Shown here one piece after another: positions 57,200 to 64,000 of a stretch of 64,000 bases of DNA; within the stretch, counting starts at the first letter, position 1; each line of letters opens with the position of its first letter. Where the stretch lies: assembly GCA_963719315.1 (NCBI GenBank), contig CAVRBU010000001.1, positions 128,001-192,000 of the forward strand, in the 5' to 3' direction. Under the pieces are notes generated by a model, which had not been told where the DNA came from, made no database searches, and was given only the letters and a program-made list of their open reading frames with translations. Origin of the DNA: an uncultured Planctomycetota bacterium (GTDB taxonomy: Bacteria; Planctomycetota; Planctomycetia; Pirellulales; Lacipirellulaceae). A program made the position numbers and the translations under genes.

Positions 57200-57850
57200 A
57201 TGCCCCGCACTTTTCGCCATTGGACGCCGCGTTACATCGTCAATAGATTGGCGCTCGCCTATCAGCAGCGCGTGTCGCCATTCGAGCCGTGGCTCACCAA
57301 AACGGCGTGTGCGTTTCTCGACGATTGGCTTAAGCCGACGGATATCGGCTTTGAGTGGGGATGCGGTCGATCCACACTTTGGTTCGCAGCGCGGGTGAAG
57401 CGGCTGACCAGCATCGAACACAACGCCGAGTGGTACAATCGCGTTCGCTTGGGGTTGACTGCTGAAAACCGTTTGAACGTTGACTTACGTCTGATTCCGA
57501 CGGGCTCGAATTGCCGCGGTGCAAATGATTCTTACGTCAGCATCGCACGCGATTTCGAAAATGAAAGCTTGGACTTTGTACTTGTCGATGGTCAATTTCG
57601 CAGTCAATGCGCTCAAGCCGCTGTGCCGCTCGTTAAGCCAGGAGGCATTCTCATTATCGACAACGCAAATTGGTTTATTCCTCATGATACGTTCTCGCCC
57701 GGCGCAGCGACGCAAGCTGGCGGAGCTGCTACTTCCGAGTGGAAGCCGGCTCTTAGCGAGCTTCGCAACTGGCGTTTGGTTTGGACATCGAACGGTGTGA
57801 CGGACACGGCGATCTACTGCAAGCCGGCCCAGTGTGCCACATCGACGTAA
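57200..57850 (+). CDS. Class I SAM-dependent methyltransferase
   Basis: FEWGCGRST, DFVLVDG, KPGGILIIDN. Confidence 0.85.
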   Translation: MPRTFRHWTPRYIVNRLALAYQQRVSPFEPWLTKTACAFLDDWLKPTDIGFEWGCGRSTLWFAARVKRLTSIEHNAEWYNRVRLGLTAENRLNVDLRLIPTGSNCRGANDSYVSIARDFENESLDFVLVDGQFRSQCAQAAVPLVKPGGILIIDNANWFIPHDTFSPGAATQAGGAATSEWKPALSELRNWRLVWTSNGVTDTAIYCKPAQCATST

Positions 57851-57870
57851 TATCAGAGGCGATTTGTGCA

Positions 57871-59268
57871 ATGGATATTCGTTTGACGCCGGCGGCTTGC
57901 AAAGCCTGGGCCGTTGCCACGGCCACACGAAGTCTGAAGTTGTCGCAACTCGAGAATCGGCTGCTCGGCGGTGTGTATTGGACACTTGTCGGCACGGCTG
58001 CTGCCCGCGGCGCAACGCTCGTCGCCTCTCTCGTGATGGCGCGCTTGCTCGGCCGAGCAAACTTCGGCGAGTTTGGCGCCATCGACAGCACGATCGGCAT
58101 GTTTGCGGTGTTCGGCAATCTCGGTCTGTCGTTGTCGGCGATCAAGTTTGTGACAAAGTATCGGCACAGCGACCCGGCACGAGCGGGTCGTATCTTGGCC
58201 CTCTGCTATGCGTTTTCGGTTGTTGCTGGAATCGTGGCGGCCGGCGCGATGATCATCGCCGCGCCTTGGCTGGCCAGCGGCGCATTGGCGTCGCCGGGGC
58301 TGGCGATTGATTTACAACTCGCGTCTTTCGTGCTCCTGCTAAGCGCCCTCAACGGCACGCTGAACGGAGTAATGCTCGGACTGCAAGCTTTTCGAGCGAA
58401 TGGCTGGATGAATGTGATTGTCGGTTTGGTGTCGTTTCCGGTCCTGGTCACTGGTGCGTTCGTAGCTGGAATCCGCGGCGCGGTGGTTGGATTAGTCGTC
58501 GTTCAAGCAGTCACGGCAGTCGCGATGGTGTTGGCATTGCGACCGATCTCAAAACGACATGGCCTGCGGCCCATCTGGCACGGTTGCTTCGGAGAGTGCC
58601 GAACACTGCTTGGTTTTTCTTTGCCAGCGCTACTGAATTCGTCGCTTATCGCGCCAGTAAATTGGTTGCTCGTCATGCTGCTGGTGAATTACGGCGGGGG
58701 TTATTCCGAGCTTGGGCTGTTTCAGGTCGCCAACAACTGGTTTCTGGTCCTGCTTTTTATTCCGGGAAAATTGTCGCAGGTTTATTACCCGCTCCTCGAA
58801 GATTTAATGGCCCACGGAGAGCCCACTCAAGCCCGCACATTCGTTTGGAAGTTAATGCGATTGAACTTCGTCGTGTTCGGCGCGTTCGCCCTGGGGCTGA
58901 CAGTTGTGTCGCGATACATCTTGCAATGCTACGGACCGGAGTTCGTCGCCGCCCGGCCCGCTTTGGTGATGACAATGTGGACAGCCGTGTGCGTTGCCGT
59001 GAACCAACCACTGACCGCATTCGGCTTCGCTCACTCGCGCATGCGGCAAGTGACGCTGTGCAGCTTGTGCTGGGCGACTGTGAGCATCACCGCATTTATC
59101 GAACTGCGCAACCATGGTGCAGCTGGCGCCGCCGCAGCACGGCTTCTTGGCTATTGCGTGTACACCCTGTTAATGGCTGGCGTCGTGCTGTGGCTGATGG
59201 ATCGCAGCGGAGAACACATCGCAACCTCTACGACGCAGTTACCCTGGCCAACCCCGAAGGCGGCCTGA
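57871..59268 (+). CDS. wzx: Oligosaccharide flippase
   Basis: ARLLG...FG, about 12 TMs, YGPEF; start codon uncertain. Confidence 0.85.
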   Translation: MDIRLTPAACKAWAVATATRSLKLSQLENRLLGGVYWTLVGTAAARGATLVASLVMARLLGRANFGEFGAIDSTIGMFAVFGNLGLSLSAIKFVTKYRHSDPARAGRILALCYAFSVVAGIVAAGAMIIAAPWLASGALASPGLAIDLQLASFVLLLSALNGTLNGVMLGLQAFRANGWMNVIVGLVSFPVLVTGAFVAGIRGAVVGLVVVQAVTAVAMVLALRPISKRHGLRPIWHGCFGECRTLLGFSLPALLNSSLIAPVNWLLVMLLVNYGGGYSELGLFQVANNWFLVLLFIPGKLSQVYYPLLEDLMAHGEPTQARTFVWKLMRLNFVVFGAFALGLTVVSRYILQCYGPEFVAARPALVMTMWTAVCVAVNQPLTAFGFAHSRMRQVTLCSLCWATVSITAFIELRNHGAAGAAAARLLGYCVYTLLMAGVVLWLMDRSGEHIATSTTQLPWPTPKAA

Positions 59269-59276
59269 AACCTCGA

Positions 59277-60611
59277 ATGAATCCACCTCTTACCAATTCG
59301 ATGGGTTTTACAGCCGTGTCCGATACCCAAGGGCGGGACGACTTCGCGCTGCTACTGGCGATTGCCTGCGCGTTTTGCTACGTGCTTCGCCAATCTTTGC
59401 TTCCAAGCGTATTCAGCAATCCGTACATCGATCTTTTGGCGCCACTCACGATCTTGATGTTGGTGCTGGCGGCCGCATATGTAGCCACAACCGGCGTTGG
59501 GAAAATCAACTGGAGTGGGCTACTGCTAATTGTGGTGACAGGCATCAGTCTCATTCATTGTGAACGTTTTAATTTTGCGTTGCCTCGCTGGATTGGCTGG
59601 GTGGTGCTGCTCATTGCGCTCGGACCGATTAACTCGACAGTGCGAGCTCGCTATCTGCGCAGCCGAATGCTCGCGGTGCTCAACAGCGCGTTCGTCTCAA
59701 TCAGCTTTTTGTCATCGTTATGGTGGGCGGCCGGAATGCCTAACTTGGGCCGCGGCGATTTCACGGGTGTCATGGGGCACTCGATGATCTTAGGGCCGAT
59801 CGCTGGATATGTCGCCGTGTTATCACTTGTGCGCTTGATGTCGCGCGGATCGCTGCTGTGGATCATCCCACTTGCGAATGCGTGGTTCGTCGCAATGCTT
59901 GCTTCGTCGCGATCGGCTCTGGCGGCGGCCGCGTTCGGTACATTTGTCATCATCACGCTCAACTTAAGGCGGCATATCTTGCTGACGTCGGCCATTCTTG
60001 CCGCCACGACGGCGCTGGCGATCGCGCCTGATACCTCACTCACTCTTGTCGCGCAGTTCCTGCCGAACTCTATGACAGAAGGCCTCGCCAACAAAAGTTG
60101 GAACAACAGTCGCGAGATGCATTGGAATGCGCGTTGGGAAGAGTTTCTATCGTCGCCTATCGCCGGCGTAGGCTTTGCCAGCGCCTGGGATGGAGCGGCC
60201 GGTGTCGATGAAGAAACGGGCTCCGTCGAACCCGGATCGAGTTACATCGCAATCCTTTCCATGACAGGTTGCATCGGCGTCGCGGCCAGTGTGGCATTTG
60301 CGTTATCATTCATCTACCGAGTGCTCCGCAGTTGGCACAAAATTGCGAGTTCCAATCGGCTTTGCATTGGCGGGCTAGCCGCGTTTTGGTTTGTACACTT
60401 AGGGGCCGAAGGATATGTCTATGCCGTGGGCTCACTGCTGAGCGTTACGTTGTGGTTGTGGCTCGGATGTCTCAACGACGACCTCTGCGCTTTGGGTCGC
60501 ACGACGACTCGATCAAAAAACACGTTAGCAATAGGTCCACAAAACGTAATTCGACGCGTCCCGGGATTGCCGCTACGATTGCGACCGACAATTCGAGGAA
60601 TCAACTCTTGA
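59277..60611 (+). CDS. wzy: O-antigen polymerase / ligase-family membrane protein
   Basis: Multiple TMs, SSRSAL, SR...W...SPIAGVG; located after wzx. Confidence 0.7.
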   Translation: MNPPLTNSMGFTAVSDTQGRDDFALLLAIACAFCYVLRQSLLPSVFSNPYIDLLAPLTILMLVLAAAYVATTGVGKINWSGLLLIVVTGISLIHCERFNFALPRWIGWVVLLIALGPINSTVRARYLRSRMLAVLNSAFVSISFLSSLWWAAGMPNLGRGDFTGVMGHSMILGPIAGYVAVLSLVRLMSRGSLLWIIPLANAWFVAMLASSRSALAAAAFGTFVIITLNLRRHILLTSAILAATTALAIAPDTSLTLVAQFLPNSMTEGLANKSWNNSREMHWNARWEEFLSSPIAGVGFASAWDGAAGVDEETGSVEPGSSYIAILSMTGCIGVAASVAFALSFIYRVLRSWHKIASSNRLCIGGLAAFWFVHLGAEGYVYAVGSLLSVTLWLWLGCLNDDLCALGRTTTRSKNTLAIGPQNVIRRVPGLPLRLRPTIRGINS

Positions 60612-61766
60612 ATGTAGCCATCTGGGCAAACTCGCCGAGCCTGCATCAGGCCGATTTTTACGCCGCCCTGCGGCGGCGCCAAATCGACCTTCGCGTGTTC
60701 TATCTTGATCACGTGTCTGAATCACGGCGAGCACTGGGTTGGAGTGAGCCGAAGCATCTTTCTGAAGGCGAATCAATCCTCCATACTAAGGCCGATCCGT
60801 TTGCCGAACTCCCGGATTGGCGCGACCGCGTGCATGTAATTCCCGGCTATAGCCGTCGCGAATACCGCCGGTTGGCGGTCCGGTTTTCCGCGGCGGGTGT
60901 GCCCTGGGTGCACTGGAGCGAGTGCTCGCGGCCCGTTTGGCGAGCGTATGTCACTTGGACGGTCAAGCGATGGTACGCGGCACTGGTCAATCGTTTTGCG
61001 CTAGGTGCGTTCGCTCAGGGTGTCATGGCCGTTCACGATTTCCAGCGCTGGGGCATCCGAGCGGAGAAGATCGCCCAATTGTATTATGCGGTGGATGGTG
61101 GGCTGCCGAACCTAGCGGCGGACGAGGCGACAGAACGCTTCATCGCCGGCCGCACGGCATTCGTATTCGTCGGCTCACTCTGCCAACGCAAAGCGTGCGA
61201 CGTTCTCCTGAGATCTTTCGCTGATGTAAGCGCGGAACAAGAAAGACTCGCGCTAGTGATGGTAGGCGATGGTCCCCGGGGCGGACGATATCGCGCTAGC
61301 CGAGAAACTGCACTTGACAGACCGCGTGCTATTTCGTGGCGCGCTTCCAACAGATGCTGTTGGATCCGTGCTGCGCTGTGGTCACGTTCTGGTGCTGCCC
61401 AGCCGCTTCGACGGCTGGGGCGTCGTAGTCAACGAAGGTGCTGCCGCTGGACTGGCGCTGATCGCTACCGATCGAGTCGGCGCGGCGTACCACATTCTGG
61501 AGCCAGGATTGAACGGTTTTCGCGTTAGGGCTGGAAGCCGCGCCTCGCTTGCGGCGGCAATGCGCGCTTACGCACGCGATCCCGCGCTGGCGATTGAGCA
61601 TGGACTGAATGCGCGAAGCAGGTTTCAGCAGTTTACGCCAGATGCCGGGGCCGCGCAATTCGAAGTGTCGATTCGCGGTTGGCTCGCCTCGTCGCCGGTC
61701 TGGAATAACTGGCAGCAAATGTGGAACTGTAAGCCAATCGGAATGACAGCTCGTGCCGTTGCATAG
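60608..61766 (+). CDS. Glycosyltransferase family 4, frameshift near 61280
   Basis: FVGSLCQRK, VGDGP, LPSRFDGWGVVVNE. Confidence 0.85.
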
Positions 61767-61818
61767 ATGGCACCAATTCGGTCACCGTCCGACAGAAACG
61801 CTGGCGTCATTTGTTGCC

Positions 61819-63016
61819 ATGAGTCATCGATCAAGAGTATTGACGCTGTCGCCCCACTACTTGCCCGGTTTCAAAGCCGGCGGACCAATCCGGAGCGTCG
61901 CAAACCTCGTCGCGCGACTGCACGACGAGTTCGACTTTCATATCCTCACGCGCGACCGGGACTTGGGCGACTGCCAGTCGTATCCTTGCCTTGGCGGTAA
62001 TAAGACGAGGCGGGTCGGACCCGCACTCGTCACTTACTTGCGGCCATCGTATGCGACGCTCGCTCGGTTTGCCCGCGCAATGCGCGATGATCGTCCGGAC
62101 CTGGTATACATGAATTCGTTCTTCGACCCTCAATGGTGCCTGGTCCCGCTCCTTTCAATGTGTTGTGGGCTCCTGCCGCGAACGCCAATCATTGTGGCGC
62201 GCGCGGTCAGTTTGGCGCCGGCGCGCTGCAGTTCAATCGGCTGCGTAAACAGTCGTACGTCGCCGTCGTCAAATCGCTCGGACTCGTGCGCCGCGTGATT
62301 TGGCAGGCCACCAATGAGTCCGAACAATGCGATATTAGGCGCGTAGTCGGGCGAAACGCGAATACCGTGGTAGCGCCCAACCTCACCGACTTTCCTCATC
62401 CCCTGCAGCCGCGCGAGCCAAAGCAGCCGGGACGACTCAATCTGTGTTGCTGCGCCGAGTACTGCCCATGAAAAATGTGTACGGCGCGATCGAGTTGCTG
62501 CAGCACGTTGCCGGTCGTGTTACGTTCGACATCTGGGGTCCAATCGAGGATTCCGCATACCAGTTGCGATGTCAACAATTGGCCAGTGGATTGCCGGAAA
62601 ATATCCAAGTCCGCTGGTGTGGCGTCATTCAGCCGCAGTGTGTCGGAAATGTGATGTCGCGCTACGATGCAATGCTACTTCCAACATTCGGTGAAAACTT
62701 CGGTCACGCCATTGTGGAAGCGCTATCGGCTGGGTGCCCCGTGGTGATTAGCGATCGTACACCGTGGCGTGGACTTGAAAAGGCTGGCGTGGGGTGGGAC
62801 CTACCGCTCGATTGTCCGGGAACCTTTCATCAAGCGTTTGCTACGCTTACCCGTATGGACGAACGGGAGCATTCGATTATGCGAACGCGGGTCGTTCAGT
62901 ATGCGACGAACGCTGTTTGCTCGTCCGAGCACCTGGACGCGTACCGGCGGCTGTTCCATAGGGCGATGGAAATGGGGGGCCGCTTACGAGCGGCCGGCTT
63001 GCAGCAGGCTGCGTGA
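61819..63016 (+). CDS. Glycosyltransferase family 4, frameshifts near 62203 and 62450
   Basis: PGFKAGGPIRS, MNSFF, PTFGENFGHAIVEALSAGCPV. Confidence 0.85.
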
Positions 63017-63025
63017 GGTGCGATC

Positions 63026-64000
63026 TCAGTTCAGTTCATCAAGTGAGTCGAACAGCCCGTCCAACATCTTGAATTCAAAGCTCTCGGCATTGGTCGAAAG
63101 GGACGCAACTGCGACTTCGTCGAAGCCATGTATGTCTTTCGTCAAGGCTTTGGAAGCATATTCTTCCCACGCAAGATTGTCCTGAGACGAAGTAGTCGCG
63201 AAATTGTTTATCCAGGCGCGATCGAATCCACCGAGTCCGTGTGCGATATTGCGTTCGAAGCCGATGGCCGTGTTACTGAAGCCCGCGCCGGAAATCTGCG
63301 CTTGGTTGACTCCAAACCGATATTCGTCTGCGCCCCTGGAACCATATTGCCGGGTTACGTCATTACCGGTCGATGAATGGCCGATTGTGGAATCGAATCC
63401 ATACACGGCATTCTTATATCCGGTGCCAGACATGATCGCGCGGTTCGAATAACTCTTGAACACGTCGTCGCCGGCCGAATCGTATAGGTTCGCGGTGTCG
63501 GTTCCGTTGCTCGCGTAGGCATAGGTCTTGTCGAAACCGCTGGCGGTGTTGCTGTAGCCGGCGCCACTCATCACGGCGTGGTCGACGTAGGCGTTGTACG
63601 TATCGTCGTCGGCCGAATCGTACAGGTACGCTTTGTCGGTGCCGGAAGTTGCGTGACCGTACGTGATATCGAACCAACTCGCAGCAAGTAAGTAACCAGA
63701 GCCTTTCATTTCGACATGATCTGCATACGCGCGGTAGGTGTCTTTTCGGGCCGTATCGTAAAGTTGCGCCGTATCCGAGCCAGCCGATGCAAAGGCCGCG
63801 ACGTTGGAGAACCCATTCGCGACGTGGTAGTAGCCGCTGCCGGACATCGCCGCTCCCCAATTGTACGCTTCCAGCAAATCGTTGCCGGACGAGTCGTAAA
63901 TCTGCACCGCATCTTTGCCACCGCCGCTGTTGAGCGTAACGACCTCCATTCCATACGCATAGGCGGTGATGCCGACACCCGAGAGGCTTGCATAACCGAC
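63026..64000 (-). CDS. C-terminal part of a repetitive surface or secreted protein; 5' end outside the window
   Basis: At least five 46-aa tandem repeats of the form G-x-D-x-A-x-LYDS-x-x-DD...MSG-x-GY...GF. Confidence 0.75.
   Translation of the reverse strand, partial: VGYASLSGVGITAYAYGMEVVTLNSGGGKDAVQIYDSSGNDLLEAYNWGAAMSGSGYYHVANGFSNVAAFASAGSDTAQLYDTARKDTYRAYADHVEMKGSGYLLAASWFDITYGHATSGTDKAYLYDSADDDTYNAYVDHAVMSGAGYSNTASGFDKTYAYASNGTDTANLYDSAGDDVFKSYSNRAIMSGTGYKNAVYGFDSTIGHSSTGNDVTRQYGSRGADEYRFGVNQAQISGAGFSNTAIGFERNIAHGLGGFDRAWINNFATTSSQDNLAWEEYASKALTKDIHGFDEVAVASLSTNAESFEFKMLDGLFDSLDELN

Overview
GC-rich bacterial chromosomal segment, very probably a planctomycete of the Pirellulales type. 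Evidence: an LEPRYLLS N-terminal motif protein, a PEP-CTERM protein, a BBP7-like porin and RFSLRTLL motifs. (1) 1-~4512 is the right end of a lower-GC integrated phage-like or satellite element: terminase large subunit, two small ORFs, a ~380-nt non-coding array of hairpins whose loops display anti-start-codon or anti-RBS-like sequences, and a large serine recombinase. The element appears inserted in the 3' part of comEC, and the recombinase ORF reads through the junction. (2) 6.7-41 kb is mostly housekeeping: a large secreted metalloprotease, an S9 peptidase, a DAHP synthase preceded by a Phe/Trp/Tyr leader-peptide attenuator and a repeat-flanked four-helix-bundle gene, gdhA, ltaE, hisD-hisC, a probable lysine catabolic cluster with a divergent HglS-like gene, and metH. 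(3) 41-63 kb is a Wzx/Wzy polysaccharide locus (PglF/E/D/C-type and FnlABC pathways) with an apparent three-enzyme fusion. About 14 apparent frameshifts occur, one of them in metH, so the sequence probably carries indel errors and pseudogene or fusion calls need caution. All assignments come from motif recognition by eye; no searches or folding programs were run.
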